Assembly: GCA_041499375.1 (NCBI GenBank)
Contig: JBGQKD010000006.1
Span: 43,582 to 107,581, forward strand
Direction: 5' to 3'
DNA length: 64,000 nucleotides
Source: Gemmatimonadota bacterium
GTDB lineage: Bacteria > Gemmatimonadota > Gemmatimonadetes > Gemmatimonadales > GWC2-71-9
Below, in pieces: positions 35,083 to 44,625 of the stretch (the first letter of the stretch is position 1; every line of letters starts with the position of its first letter). The notes beneath the pieces were generated by a model, which worked only from the letters and a program-made list of their open reading frames with translations, was not told where the DNA came from and ran no database searches. The position numbers and the translations under genes are program-made.

Positions 35083-35769
35083 TCACACGGTAGCCGATGG
35101 GCAGCGGGCCCGAAGCGGACAGCGCTCGCACGCCGGCGCCCGGCGCCGGCAGAGGTCTTGACCGTGTTGTCGAAGCAGCCCGTACGCGGCGATCGCCCAT
35201 GCGCCGTCGCGGGGGATCGCGCGCGCGAGCCTCTCCTGCGCTCGCCGATAGGTCGAGCGGTAATCCCTCTCCTCGGTCGCCAGGCCCAAGCGCGTCACGA
35301 CGCGAAGTGCATTGGAGTCAAGCGGCACGAGCCGGGCACGTTTCGTGAACGCGAGAATCTTGTCCGCACCGGGCTCCCCGATCATGGCAAACTCGGCGAG
35401 GGCGCGACGCGACTGGGGAAACGGCAACCGGAGAGCGGCGCGGAGATCGCCACCCCAGCGACCAATCACGATCTCCGCCGATTCGCGCAGGCGGGAAGCG
35501 CGGGCGCGGGCCGCGATCGAGCCACCGAGCCGGGTGATCCGCTCCAGCTGCTGCGGAGAGGCGCTGACAATTCGCGCCGGCCGCAGGCCCGTCTCGCGGC
35601 GCAACGCCGCGAACGCCACGCGACGCTGCGCGTCGGGCACGAGATATCCGACCTGCTCCCAGAGAACGAGATGAAAGGGATCCCGGCTGATGGGAGGCAC
35701 GGGCTTCCCATAGTACCGCCGCAGGGCCGTGATGACGGGTCGCAGCGACTGATACGGTCCGGCGTTCAC
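35083..35769 (-). CDS. endonuclease III-like HhH-GPD base-excision repair protein with Fe-S cluster loop
   Basis: C-terminal 228 aa of tracked ORF 35083..36462. GTG 35769 (GTGA overlap with the upstream stop). HhH-like FAMIGEPGADKILAF. C-terminal C-X6-C-X2-C-X5-C (CRRRAPACERCPLRARC). Confidence 0.72.
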   Translation of the reverse strand: MNAGPYQSLRPVITALRRYYGKPVPPISRDPFHLVLWEQVGYLVPDAQRRVAFAALRRETGLRPARIVSASPQQLERITRLGGSIAARARASRLRESAEIVIGRWGGDLRAALRLPFPQSRRALAEFAMIGEPGADKILAFTKRARLVPLDSNALRVVTRLGLATEERDYRSTYRRAQERLARAIPRDGAWAIAAYGLLRQHGQDLCRRRAPACERCPLRARCPSATV

Positions 35770-36359
35770 TTGTGACGCTGCAGCCGCAGCTCGAGGTGCC
35801 GCCGCACGTCCGGCCACTCGGTAGCGAGGATGCTGTACATCATGACGTCGCGCGCGCTGCCGTCGCGCCGGATGCCGAAATGGCGAACCACGCCGTCCTT
35901 CTTGGCCCCGAGCGCCTCGATGGCGCGCTGCGATCGAAAATTGAAATTGTCCGTGCGGAGGCCGACGACCTTGCAGCCCAGCGCCTCGAAGGCGTGGCCC
36001 AACAACAGGAGCTTGCAGGTCGTGTTCACGTGCGTGCGCTGGCGGCTCTTCCCATACCACGTGTGCCCGATTTCCACGCGATCGATTGCCGGGGCGATGT
36101 CGTGATAGCGCGTCGACCCGACGATCGCTCCGCTCGGTACTTCGCGCACGACCCAGGGCAGCATGTGCCCGTCGCGCTGGGCCTTCAGCGCATCGGCGAC
36201 ATACGCCCCCATCCCCTCGGGTGGCGGGACCGCGATGTACCAAAACTCCCACAGGCGGCCGTCGGTTGCGGCGGCCGCCAGCGCGTCTGTGTGTTGTTCC
36301 GTCATGGGCTCGAGTCGGATACCGTGACGCTCGAGCACCAAGGGTTGTGGCGTGTTCAT
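35766..36359 (-). CDS. GNAT-family N-acetyltransferase
   Basis: Tracked ORF 35766..36416 trimmed to ATG 36359 (ATGA overlap). IRLEPMTEQH, VEIGHTWYGKSRQRTHVNTTCKLLLLGHAFE, NFRSQRAIEALGA. Confidence 0.85.
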   Translation of the reverse strand: MNTPQPLVLERHGIRLEPMTEQHTDALAAAATDGRLWEFWYIAVPPPEGMGAYVADALKAQRDGHMLPWVVREVPSGAIVGSTRYHDIAPAIDRVEIGHTWYGKSRQRTHVNTTCKLLLLGHAFEALGCKVVGLRTDNFNFRSQRAIEALGAKKDGVVRHFGIRRDGSARDVMMYSILATEWPDVRRHLELRLQRHK

Positions 36360-36769
36360 GGCGCGACGTAGTCCTGTGCGGCGACGATCTGCCATCTTCC
36401 CCCGCGCTTGACCCACGTATCGGTGAACCGATACCGACGATTGAATTCACCGTTGGCGCCACGACCTCCCACGACGAGCCACCCCGTCACCACGGCCGTC
36501 ACAACGCCATAGTGATGCACGGTCATCGACTCGTTGTGCGCTGCCAGGACGGTGTCCGATCCCGCGACCACCGAGTTCAGCACCGTCGCCCGATCCATCA
36601 TCTGGTCGTTTTCTGTGTAGACAAACCCATCGGCCAAGAGACGATCAAAGACGACCCGGTCGCGCTTCACCAGCGCGCTGGCCCAGGCGTCCTCGGATTG
36701 CAGCAAGGCGCGCGTATCGGCATCCTGCACGTTGACGACGAGGAATGCGGCAAGCAGCAGTCCGATCAT
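36356..36769 (-). CDS. NTF2-like (DUF4440/SnoaL-type) protein, secreted
   Basis: Tracked ORF 36356..36835 trimmed to ATG 36769 (MIGLLLAAFLVVNV). ...EDAWASALVKRDRVVFDRLLADGFVYT...FTDTWVKRGGRWQIVAAQ. Confidence 0.72.
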   Translation of the reverse strand: MIGLLLAAFLVVNVQDADTRALLQSEDAWASALVKRDRVVFDRLLADGFVYTENDQMMDRATVLNSVVAGSDTVLAAHNESMTVHHYGVVTAVVTGWLVVGGRGANGEFNRRYRFTDTWVKRGGRWQIVAAQDYVAP

Positions 36770-36776
36770 AGTGCGC

Positions 36777-37196
36777 TCACTCTCCCAGAACTTTGATGAT
36801 GACCCGCTTCTTCCGCTGTCCGTCCCACTCGCCATAAAACACGCGCTGCCACGGCCCGAAATCCAGCTTGCCGGCAGTAATCGGCACGATCACCTCATGG
36901 CCGATGGTCAGGCTGCGAAGGTGCGCAGCCGCGTTGTCCTCACCCGTCTCGTTGTGGCGATAGCGGGGCGGATCCCACGGCGCAATCGTACCCTCCAACC
37001 ACTTCAGGATGTCTTCCCACAATCCGGACTCGTGATCGTTCACGAAGACCGAGGCCGAGATGTGCATAGCGCTGACGAGCACCAGTCCTTCACGCACCTT
37101 GCTCGTTTCGACTTGCGTCGCAACCTCGTCGGTGATGTCGATGATCTCCTGACGCCGCTTCGTGTTGAACCAGAGATAGTGCGTATGCGCCTTCAT
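36777..37196 (-). CDS. yjbQ: YjbQ-family protein (UPF0047, secondary thiamine-phosphate synthase type)
   Basis: ORF track 139 aa. [57 protein letters not shown]. Confidence 0.88.
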   Translation of the reverse strand: MKAHTHYLWFNTKRRQEIIDITDEVATQVETSKVREGLVLVSAMHISASVFVNDHESGLWEDILKWLEGTIAPWDPPRYRHNETGEDNAAAHLRSLTIGHEVIVPITAGKLDFGPWQRVFYGEWDGQRKKRVIIKVLGE

Positions 37197-37253
37197 TGAA
37201 CCCCCCGTGTCGAATTGTCACAGGCGCAGCGAATCCCTAGATTGGCCGCAAAT

Positions 37254-38453
37254 ATGGCGCTTCCCTTCAGACGGCGAATCTTCGTCATTCTCGTCGTCAT
37301 GACCGTGGTGCCGACGGTGTTGGCGGTCGCCGGCTGGGTGTTGTCGATCCGCCGCCTGCTGCCCGCCGCGGGCGCCCGAGCCTCCACCGAGCGTGTGGCC
37401 GCGACCGCCCGTTCGCTGCTCGAGGGAGTGGATACGCTGCACCTCACCGTGCGCGAGCGCGCGCTGCTGCGCCACCATCTCGACGAAGTCTCGGCCTCCG
37501 TCAGTCTCGCGCGTCGCGCCGAGACGTTCCTGCGCTACTACACGGCGGGTTTCGCCGTGGTCATCCTGCTCCTCGGCGCCGCCGTTCTCTACGCCGCCGT
37601 CAACTTCGCGGGTCACCTGTCACGCCAGCTCTCACGTCCGATCGACGAGCTCGTCGGCTGGACGCAGCTGATCCGCCGGCACGAGCCGCTGCCGATCGGC
37701 GTGCCGACACGCGGTGCTCCCGAGTTCGAAGCGCTGCGGCAGGCGCTGCGCGAGCTGGCCGCCGCCCTCGCCGCGGCCCGCGACCGTGAGCTCGAAGCCG
37801 AGCGGCTGCGCGCGTTCCGCGAAGTCGCGCGCCGCGTCGCGCACGAGATCAAGAATCCGCTGACCTCGATGCGGATTGCTGTGGACCAAATGCGTCGGAC
37901 GGTCGGACCGTTGGACAGTCGGACGGAGACGGCCGTCCAAGTTCTGGAGGCCGAGACCGACCGACTCGAACGCCTGGCAAGAGAGTTCGCCGAGTTCGGC
38001 CGGCTCCCTGAAGGCCCGCAGAGCGAGGTCGATCTCGTCGAGCTGCTCGAAGAGCTGGGGCGCACCGGTGTCCCCGAGGGCGTCAGCGTCGGCGTGCACG
38101 CGAACGGCGGACCGCGCACGCTGTTGGGCCATTACGAGCCGCTGCGGCGCGCCTTCGCCAACCTCTATCGCAATGCCGCCGAGGCGATGAAGGGACGCGG
38201 CGCCATCGATGTGACCGTGACGGGCGACGGCTCCGGTCTCGCGGTCACGGTCGCCGACCACGGTCCCGGCATCCCCGCCGACCTGCGCCAGCGCGTGTTC
38301 GAGCCGTACTTTACGACGAAAGACGACGGCACCGGCCTCGGTCTCGCGCTCGTGCGCGTAACGCTCGAGGCGCACCGCGGCACGATCTCCGTCGCCGAGA
38401 CGCCCGGCGGTGGGGCGACGTTCGCGATTGTCTTTCCGCCGGTCAGATCATGA
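37254..38453 (+). CDS. sensor histidine kinase (two TM helices, HAMP-like linker, HisKA, HATPase); NtrB/NtrY-type
   Basis: The tracked ORF starts at TTG 37215. ATG 37254 (MALPFRRRIFVILVVMTVV) leaves a 57-nt divergent spacer. H-box HEIKNPLTSM, N-box YRNAAEAM, DHGPGIP, GTGLGLAL. Confidence 0.85.
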   Translation: MALPFRRRIFVILVVMTVVPTVLAVAGWVLSIRRLLPAAGARASTERVAATARSLLEGVDTLHLTVRERALLRHHLDEVSASVSLARRAETFLRYYTAGFAVVILLLGAAVLYAAVNFAGHLSRQLSRPIDELVGWTQLIRRHEPLPIGVPTRGAPEFEALRQALRELAAALAAARDRELEAERLRAFREVARRVAHEIKNPLTSMRIAVDQMRRTVGPLDSRTETAVQVLEAETDRLERLAREFAEFGRLPEGPQSEVDLVELLEELGRTGVPEGVSVGVHANGGPRTLLGHYEPLRRAFANLYRNAAEAMKGRGAIDVTVTGDGSGLAVTVADHGPGIPADLRQRVFEPYFTTKDDGTGLGLALVRVTLEAHRGTISVAETPGGGATFAIVFPPVRS

Positions 38454-39841
38454 GCCCACGAGTCCTGCTCGTCGACGATGAGTCCAACATTCGGCGCATG
38501 GTCGGTGCGCTGCTGCAGTCCGACGGTTTCGAGACCGTCGAAGCGCCCGACGGCAACGCGGCCCTGGTGCGCCTCGTGGAGGACGCGCCCGATGTCGTGC
38601 TGCTCGATTTGATGATGCCGCCCGGGCCGGATGGCCTGGCGACGCTCGAACAGATCCGCAGGCGCGCACCGCACATTCCGGTCGTCATGATGAGCGGCAA
38701 GGCCAATCTCGCCGATGCCGTCCGCGCGACCAAACTCGGTGCGTTTCAATTCCTCGAGAAGCCGCTGACGCCTGAAGGCGTGCTCGTGGCGCTGCACAGC
38801 GCGCTGGAGCTTGGGCGGACCCTCGCCGAGAACAAGCGGCTGCACGCAGAGCTCGGCCACGCCGATCCGCTGGTCGGGGCCAGCGCCGCGATGGAAGAGC
38901 TGCGCGCCATGATCGCGCGCGTCGCGCCGACGGAGTCGCGCGTCCTCATTACCGGCGAGTCGGGCACGGGCAAGGAGCTGGTCGCGTCTGCGATCCACCG
39001 TCAGAGCGCGCGCGGCAGCAAACCGTTCGTCACTGTCAACAGCGCAGCACTGCCGCGCGACCTCGTCGAATCGGAGATGTTCGGGCACGAGCGCGGCGCG
39101 TTCACCGGAGCGACGGAGCGCCGGCAGGGTCGATTCGAGCTGGCCGACGGCGGGACCCTGTTCCTCGACGAGGTCGGCGACCTGGGGCCGGAGGCGCAGG
39201 CCAAGCTGCTGCGCGTCCTCGAAGGCGGAGTCGTCGAGCGGGTGGGCAGTGAGCGGCCGTTCGCGGTGAACGTCCGCGTCCTTGCCGCCACCAACAAGGA
39301 TCTGCCGCACGCGGTGCGGCAGGGACAATTCCGCGAGGACCTCTGGTTCCGGCTCAACGTGCTGCCGATCCACATTCCGCCGCTGCGCGAGCGCCCGGAA
39401 GACGTCGCCCCGCTGGTACGTCACTTCGCCGAGCGCTGCGCCGCCCGCCTCGGCCGCCCGGTCAAATTCGACGCGGGTGCCCTCCCGCTGCTGGCTGCCT
39501 ATGGATGGCCGGGGAACGTCCGTGAGCTCGCCAACATCGTTGAGCGGATGGCGATCCTTGCGACGTCGCAACTCATAACTGCGCCGGATATCGCGCGCGT
39601 GCTGCCGTCCGTCGGGACAACGCCCCCGCCCACCATGGACACCGGCGGCGACGGCGTGTGGCGCGACATTGCACTCACGGACACGCTGGATCGATACGAG
39701 CGCGAACTGATTGCGAAAGCGCTGTCTGCGTCGCGCGGCAACGTCGCCGAAGCCGCCCGGAGACTGCAGACGGACCGCGCGAATCTGTACCGCCGGATGC
39801 GCCGCCTCGGGATCGAGCCTCCACTGAAAGCCGACCTATGA
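38450..39841 (+). CDS. sigma-54-dependent response regulator (NtrC family)
   Basis: ORF track 463 aa. ATGA overlap with the kinase stop. Receiver (VLLVDDE...VLLDLMMP), AAA+ Walker A GESGTGKE, GAFTGA, Fis-type HTH GNVAEAARRLQTDRANLYRRMRRLGI. Confidence 0.92.
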   Translation: MSPRVLLVDDESNIRRMVGALLQSDGFETVEAPDGNAALVRLVEDAPDVVLLDLMMPPGPDGLATLEQIRRRAPHIPVVMMSGKANLADAVRATKLGAFQFLEKPLTPEGVLVALHSALELGRTLAENKRLHAELGHADPLVGASAAMEELRAMIARVAPTESRVLITGESGTGKELVASAIHRQSARGSKPFVTVNSAALPRDLVESEMFGHERGAFTGATERRQGRFELADGGTLFLDEVGDLGPEAQAKLLRVLEGGVVERVGSERPFAVNVRVLAATNKDLPHAVRQGQFREDLWFRLNVLPIHIPPLRERPEDVAPLVRHFAERCAARLGRPVKFDAGALPLLAAYGWPGNVRELANIVERMAILATSQLITAPDIARVLPSVGTTPPPTMDTGGDGVWRDIALTDTLDRYERELIAKALSASRGNVAEAARRLQTDRANLYRRMRRLGIEPPLKADL

Positions 39842-41583
39842 TCTCTCTTCTGTTCGCCCTGGTGACCCTTCAGGACACGACGATCGTCATCCATCCCGAC
39901 AGCTCGAGCGCGACGCTCGAAGCACGCGCGCTGCCGCGGGTCGTATCCGACGAAGTCATCCGTTTCTACAACGCGCCGGGAACCACGCGGCTCGTCGGCC
40001 GCACGCGGCTGCCGCGCGGCAACGAATGGCGCGGCGATGTGGCCGTCCGCAGCGGCCCGGTGCTCGTCGCGGGCCGCGTGCAGGGCTCGCTCGTCGTGAT
40101 CAACGGCGATCTGCTCTTCGACGCGGGCGCCGAGGTGACCGGCGACGTCATCGTCGTCGGGGGGACGGTGAATGACACCGCCAAGGCGCGCATCGGCGGC
40201 GAGGTTCGGCAGTACCGCGAGCCCCTGCTCTATCGCCTGCGCCATGAAGGCGACGAGCTCGTGTACGCGCCGAACCTGCGGCGCCGGCTCTTCAATCCCG
40301 GCGCGCACGTGTCGTGGGGCGATGCGGACTCTCGCTCCTCGCTCACGATCGCCACGGGCGGCACATTCAACCGCATCGAAGGGCTGCCCGTCGTGTTCGG
40401 CCCGCTGTTCGACTGGAAGCTGCAGCAGAACTTCCGGATGCGGGTGGACGCGCTGGGCGTGTTCCGGTCAGCCGGCGACCTCTCGGACAAGCGCAGCGAT
40501 CTCGGCTACATGTTCCGCGGCGAGCTGCGGTCCGGCGACGTCCGCCCGGTCGGCTTCGGTGTGCGCGCGTTCGACGTGGTATCGCCCGTCGAGGATTGGG
40601 GACTGCACAACGCCGAGATCGGTTGGAGCGCGTTTCTCTTCGGGCGCGACTACCGCGACTACGTCCTCAACAAGGGATGGGCCGCCCGCGCCTTCGCGCA
40701 ACCGGAGCGGCAGATCGCGCTTTCACTCGAGCTGCGCCGCGAGTGGCAGACGAGTGTCGCCAACCAGGATCCGTGGACCGTATTCCGCAACTCCGAAATC
40801 TGGCGTCCCAACCCGCCGATCGACGAAGGCCACTTCACGACGATCGCCGCCGGCGCCGTGCTGGACACCCGCAACGATCCGGAGGAACCCACGTCGGGGT
40901 GGCTGGTGCGAACGACGCTCGAGGATTCGCGCAGCACCGACGTGGTGCCCCACACCGGCGTGCCGGCATCGGTGCGGGACTCGATCCCGGCCGGGGGGAG
41001 GGCCTACCGGTACGACCGCATGTTTTTCGATATCCGGCACTATGCGCGGATCAGTCCGTCGGGTCGCGTGAACGTCCGGCTGGTCGGCGGCGGGTGGGTC
41101 GGTGGCGACCCGCTGCCCCTGCAGCGCCGGCTCTCCCTCGGCGGCCCCGACCCGATGCCAGGCCATCCGTTCCGCTCGAGCTCCTGCAACACCGCGTTCA
41201 CCGATCCGGCGTTCACGGAGGCGCGCGTGGCGGCGTGCGATCGCGTCATCGCGTTCCAGACCGAGTACCGCGGGCACGTGAAGCTCAACTGGAGCTACAA
41301 CCCGTGGAAAGACGACAGGCCCGAGCGCGAGGAAGGGAGCGCAACGCCGCGCTTCTTCTGGCTCGAAGGACTCGACGTCGTCGTCTTCGCGGACGCGGGC
41401 CAGGCGTGGCTCGTGGGCAACGGTCCCAACCGCCTGCCGGCTGGGCGGATCCCACGCTTCGACAACTGGCTCGTGGATGTCGGACTGGGTGTCGATTGGG
41501 GTGGATTCGGTGTGTACATAGCCAAGGCGGTTACTAGCGGCGAACGACTGCGCTTCACGGCCCGGCTCGACCACCGGTTCTAG
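39838..41583 (+). CDS. outer-membrane beta-barrel (Omp85/surface-antigen-like) with an N-terminal bactofilin-like beta-helix segment
   Basis: Tracked ORF 39658..41583 trimmed to ATG 39838 (ATGA overlap with the regulator stop). N-terminal GDVAVRSGPVLVAGRVQGSLVVINGDLLFDAGAEVTGDVIVVGGTVNDTAKARIGGEV. C-terminal RRLSLGGPDPMPGHPFRS, VVVFADAGQAW, terminal ...FTARLDHRF. The signal peptide is short and atypical (MISLLFALVTLQ). Confidence 0.7.
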   Translation: MISLLFALVTLQDTTIVIHPDSSSATLEARALPRVVSDEVIRFYNAPGTTRLVGRTRLPRGNEWRGDVAVRSGPVLVAGRVQGSLVVINGDLLFDAGAEVTGDVIVVGGTVNDTAKARIGGEVRQYREPLLYRLRHEGDELVYAPNLRRRLFNPGAHVSWGDADSRSSLTIATGGTFNRIEGLPVVFGPLFDWKLQQNFRMRVDALGVFRSAGDLSDKRSDLGYMFRGELRSGDVRPVGFGVRAFDVVSPVEDWGLHNAEIGWSAFLFGRDYRDYVLNKGWAARAFAQPERQIALSLELRREWQTSVANQDPWTVFRNSEIWRPNPPIDEGHFTTIAAGAVLDTRNDPEEPTSGWLVRTTLEDSRSTDVVPHTGVPASVRDSIPAGGRAYRYDRMFFDIRHYARISPSGRVNVRLVGGGWVGGDPLPLQRRLSLGGPDPMPGHPFRSSSCNTAFTDPAFTEARVAACDRVIAFQTEYRGHVKLNWSYNPWKDDRPEREEGSATPRFFWLEGLDVVVFADAGQAWLVGNGPNRLPAGRIPRFDNWLVDVGLGVDWGGFGVYIAKAVTSGERLRFTARLDHRF

Positions 41584-41584
41584 C

Positions 41585-42259
41585 ATGCGTCTGCTTTGGT
41601 GGGCGGCCCCGGCCCTTGGTCTGGCCACCCTCACGTCGCAGGTGGGGTCGGCGCAGTCGCCCCCGCCTCCGTCCCCGACGCTCACCGTCACCGTGCAAAA
41701 CAACATCCCGCGCGTGCGCAGCACCGGCCTTCTGACCGACGGCACGTTCGTCGGACTGATGCGCTCCGGGTTCCCGCTGCGGCTGCACTATCGGCTCGAG
41801 CTGTGGCGAGTTCGCTCCGGCTGGTTCGATCAGTTCGTGCGCGAAGTCAGCTGGGATGCGGTGGCGCGCAACGATCCTCTCGCGGACGACTTCGTCCTGA
41901 TCCGCCAGGGCGGCGCCGTCAGCCGCTACGCGACGCCCGACGAGTTGTCCGCCGCGCTCGACATCCCGTACACCGTGACGCTTCGCCCGACCAGCCCCTC
42001 CGGCGCGGGGGGGGGAGGGGGGGGAGGGGGGGGACGCTACTACTTCATCGCGCGGCTCGAGGTGACGACGCTCAATGACACCGATCTACAAGAACTGTCG
42101 CGGTGGCTGTCGGGGGACGTGGGTCCTGCCGTCTCTGGTGAAGGAAACTTCGGCGAGGCGTTGGCTCGTGGAGCGCAGCGCGTGTTGGTGCGCCTGGCGG
42201 GGTTGCCGCGTCAGCGGCTGGAAGCGCGAAGCCCTACGATCCGAATTGGCGGTCAATAG
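41585..42259 (+). CDS. secreted DUF4390-like protein with an internal Gly9 insertion
   Basis: ORF track 224 aa. Starts 1 nt after the upstream stop. Signal MRLLWWAAPALGLATLTSQVGSA. The block FPLRLHYRLELWRVRSGWFDQFV resembles the DUF4390 core as I recall it. Confidence 0.6.
   Translation: MRLLWWAAPALGLATLTSQVGSAQSPPPPSPTLTVTVQNNIPRVRSTGLLTDGTFVGLMRSGFPLRLHYRLELWRVRSGWFDQFVREVSWDAVARNDPLADDFVLIRQGGAVSRYATPDELSAALDIPYTVTLRPTSPSGAGGGGGGGGGRYYFIARLEVTTLNDTDLQELSRWLSGDVGPAVSGEGNFGEALARGAQRVLVRLAGLPRQRLEARSPTIRIGGQ
42007..42033 (+). repeat. G9-A-G8-A-G8 homopurine tract inside the DUF4390-like gene (encodes Gly x9)
   Basis: Read directly from the sequence. The codon phase was verified against the tracked translation (A141, G142-G150, then RYY). 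Confidence 0.95.
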
Positions 42260-42632
42260 CCGCGCGGATATCCATCAGTGACTGACCGCGCGCCGCCATC
42301 CCGCTCGCGAGCATCGCTTCCCCCATGCAGATATCGCAGTAGGCACCGTGATCGGACTCGAAGCACGTGAGTAACGAGCGGTGCCCCGCGTGCTTCGAGC
42401 AGTCGCAGTGGCAATACACGCCGTCGAGGGTGGGGGCGGCGCGCCGCGCCGCCGCGTACGCCTCCAGCGCGCCGGGGTTTTTCGGAATCGCGAACTCGGG
42501 GAGGACTTTCTCCGCGGTGACGCCGGGCCGCGGCGTCGGATGAATCGATCCACCCGCAGGACGGGTGAGGAAAACCACTCCGGCGAGCGCGACAGCCGCG
42601 GCGCCCGCCACCATCCACGGCGCCTTCGACAT
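42234..42632 (-). CDS. PCYCGC-motif-family-like membrane-anchored protein
   Basis: C-terminal 132 aa of tracked ORF 42234..42893. ATG 42632 overlaps the upstream TAA by 1 nt. Anchor WMVAGAAAVALAGVVFL. GVYCHCDCSKHAGHRSLLTCFESDHGAYCDICMGEA. Confidence 0.62.
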   Translation of the reverse strand: MSKAPWMVAGAAAVALAGVVFLTRPAGGSIHPTPRPGVTAEKVLPEFAIPKNPGALEAYAAARRAAPTLDGVYCHCDCSKHAGHRSLLTCFESDHGAYCDICMGEAMLASGMAARGQSLMDIRAAIDRQFGS

Positions 42633-43180
42633 TACAACGCCTCGAGCGTCGCCAGCACATCGGCCCCGTAGAACAGCCGGATGTACTTCGCCTGCGTCCG
42701 CGTCAGGCGGCGCACGGCCCACGAGAGGTGCACGAAGTGCGGCTCGTGAGGCGCGCGCAGGGGATGCATGCCCACTTCCTCGGGCAGGAGGTTGCCCTTG
42801 CGGGTGTTGCAGCTCGAGCAGGCGGTGAGGACGTTCGTCCAGGCATTCGTGCCGCCCCGCGAGAGGGGCACGAGATGGTCGCGCGTCAGACACTCGCGCT
42901 GGCGCAGCTCCTGCTGCGAGCGGCCGCAGAACTGGCAGCGGTAATTGTCGCGGGCAAACAGGAACGTGTTGGTGACTTGGCGACGGAAGCGGCGAGGGAC
43001 GTGGACGAAGCGGACCAGCCGGATGACGGCGGGGCGCGGTACCGCCATTCGCTCCGAATGGACAGGCGTGCCCTCAGCCTCGACGACCTCTGCCTTGCCA
43101 TCAATGACGAGCCGCAGCGCCCGGCGCACGGGCACCATGGTGAGTGGCTCGAAGGAGGCATTCAGGGCTAGGCAGCGCAT
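42632..43180 (-). CDS. HNH endonuclease family protein
   Basis: ORF track 182 aa. YRCQFCGRS...LTRDHLVPLSRGGTNAWTNVLTACSSCNTRKGN. Confidence 0.85.
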   Translation of the reverse strand: MRCLALNASFEPLTMVPVRRALRLVIDGKAEVVEAEGTPVHSERMAVPRPAVIRLVRFVHVPRRFRRQVTNTFLFARDNYRCQFCGRSQQELRQRECLTRDHLVPLSRGGTNAWTNVLTACSSCNTRKGNLLPEEVGMHPLRAPHEPHFVHLSWAVRRLTRTQAKYIRLFYGADVLATLEAL

Positions 43181-43224
43181 GCGATATGCTAATACCGGAC
43201 AGCAAGTTGCAGCAAGGGACGCGC

Positions 43225-44625
43225 TTACACACTCGCTCCGGGCTGAAACGACCGCCGTAGCTCGTCAATCTGCGACTCGACAGAGGCGCGCGAGGCACCT
43301 CCAGGCGTGGCACGGCTTTCGACGCTTTGCTCCCAGGTTCCGAGCTGGGCGAGAGCAGGTCCCAACGCGGGATGGATCTCGGCCGCGATCTTGGCCGGGA
43401 CCTTGTCGAGCGTGACGCCGGCCTGTTCCGCAGCACGAACCAGTCTGCCGATCAATCCGTGACTTTCCCGAAATGGCACGCCGGACTCGACCAACAGATC
43501 TGCGAGATCGGTGGCTCGCATCGCGGGATCGAGCGCCGCCGCCATTCGCTCGACATTCACAGTGAGTGTGTCGATCGCGCCGGTGACCGCCGGGAGCACG
43601 GTCCCGAGCGTGTCGCACGCGTCGAACAGCAGTGCCTTGTCTTCCTGCAGATCCTTCTGATAGCCGGCGGGGATGCCTTTGAGCGTCATGAGCAGCGCGA
43701 CCAGATCGCCCAGCATCCGCCCGGACTTGCCGCGCGCCAGCTCGAACACGTCGGGATTGCGTTTCTGTGGCATCAGGCTCGAGCCGGTGCTAAAGCTGTC
43801 GGCCAGCGTGATGAATCCGAACTCACCGCTCGCGTAGGTGATGAGCTCCGCGCCCAGACGAGACAGATGGCTCCCGACGAGCGCGATGGCGAACAGCACG
43901 TCCGCGACGAAGTCGCGGTCGCCGGTGGCGTCGAGCGCGTTGGCGGAAATCGCGCGGAAGCCGAGCGCTTCCTTCAGGAGCACGCGGTCGACGGGAAACC
44001 CCGATCCGGCGAGCGCGCCCGAGCCCAGCGGCATCTCGGCGGTGCGGCGGCGCGCATCGGCGAGTCGCTGGCGGTCGCGCACCAGCGGCCAGGCGTGCGC
44101 GAGCAGCACGTAGGCCCAGCGCACCGGCTGCGCGCGCTGGCCGTGGGTGTAGCCGGGGAGAATCGCGTCGAGTCCGTCCTTCGCCTTGGCGACGAGCGTC
44201 CTGCCGAGCTCCGCAACGGCCGCGTCCAGCTCGTCGATCGCGCCCAACGTCCACAGCCGCAGGTCGGTCGCGACCTGGTCGTTGCGCGACCGGCCGGTGT
44301 GGAGCTTGCCGGCGACGGCGCCGACTTCGGCGTAGAGCAGCCGCTCGACGAGGGTGTGCACGTCCTCGTCGGGGGCGCCAACCGCCGCGCCGTCGGCCAG
44401 CTGGTCGGCGATGCGATCCAATCCCTCGAGCAGGTGAGATTCTTCTGATGGCGACAGAACGCGCGCGCGGCCGAGGGCGTGGACCCACGCTTTACTGGCG
44501 ACGACATCCTGCGGCCACAGACGGTGATCGACGGGAAGACTGCGGTTTAAAGCATCGAGCGCCTCGCTCGGACCGAGAGCGAAGCGCCCACCCCACATGT
44601 GATGTGTGTCAGCTTGTTGGGACAT
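43225..44625 (-). CDS. argH: argininosuccinate lyase
   Basis: ORF track 466 aa. MWGGRF N-terminus, [10 protein letters not shown], signature [12 protein letters not shown]. Confidence 0.95.
   Translation of the reverse strand: MSQQADTHHMWGGRFALGPSEALDALNRSLPVDHRLWPQDVVASKAWVHALGRARVLSPSEESHLLEGLDRIADQLADGAAVGAPDEDVHTLVERLLYAEVGAVAGKLHTGRSRNDQVATDLRLWTLGAIDELDAAVAELGRTLVAKAKDGLDAILPGYTHGQRAQPVRWAYVLLAHAWPLVRDRQRLADARRRTAEMPLGSGALAGSGFPVDRVLLKEALGFRAISANALDATGDRDFVADVLFAIALVGSHLSRLGAELITYASGEFGFITLADSFSTGSSLMPQKRNPDVFELARGKSGRMLGDLVALLMTLKGIPAGYQKDLQEDKALLFDACDTLGTVLPAVTGAIDTLTVNVERMAAALDPAMRATDLADLLVESGVPFRESHGLIGRLVRAAEQAGVTLDKVPAKIAAEIHPALGPALAQLGTWEQSVESRATPGGASRASVESQIDELRRSFQPGASV

Noticed and set aside
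42632-43180. The HNH endonuclease, considered as a marker of a mobile element or restriction/defense system.
   Set aside because: It is a stand-alone small HNH protein in a housekeeping context (downstream of argH). It has no methyltransferase, ATPase, intein or homing-site context, and no flanking repeats.
43200-43216. Direct repeat CAGCAAG-TTG-CAGCAAG in the 44-nt spacer upstream of the HNH gene, considered as a regulator binding site.
   Set aside because: It is a short 7-mer repeat seen once, with no palindromic symmetry and no known matching motif. The evidence is insufficient.
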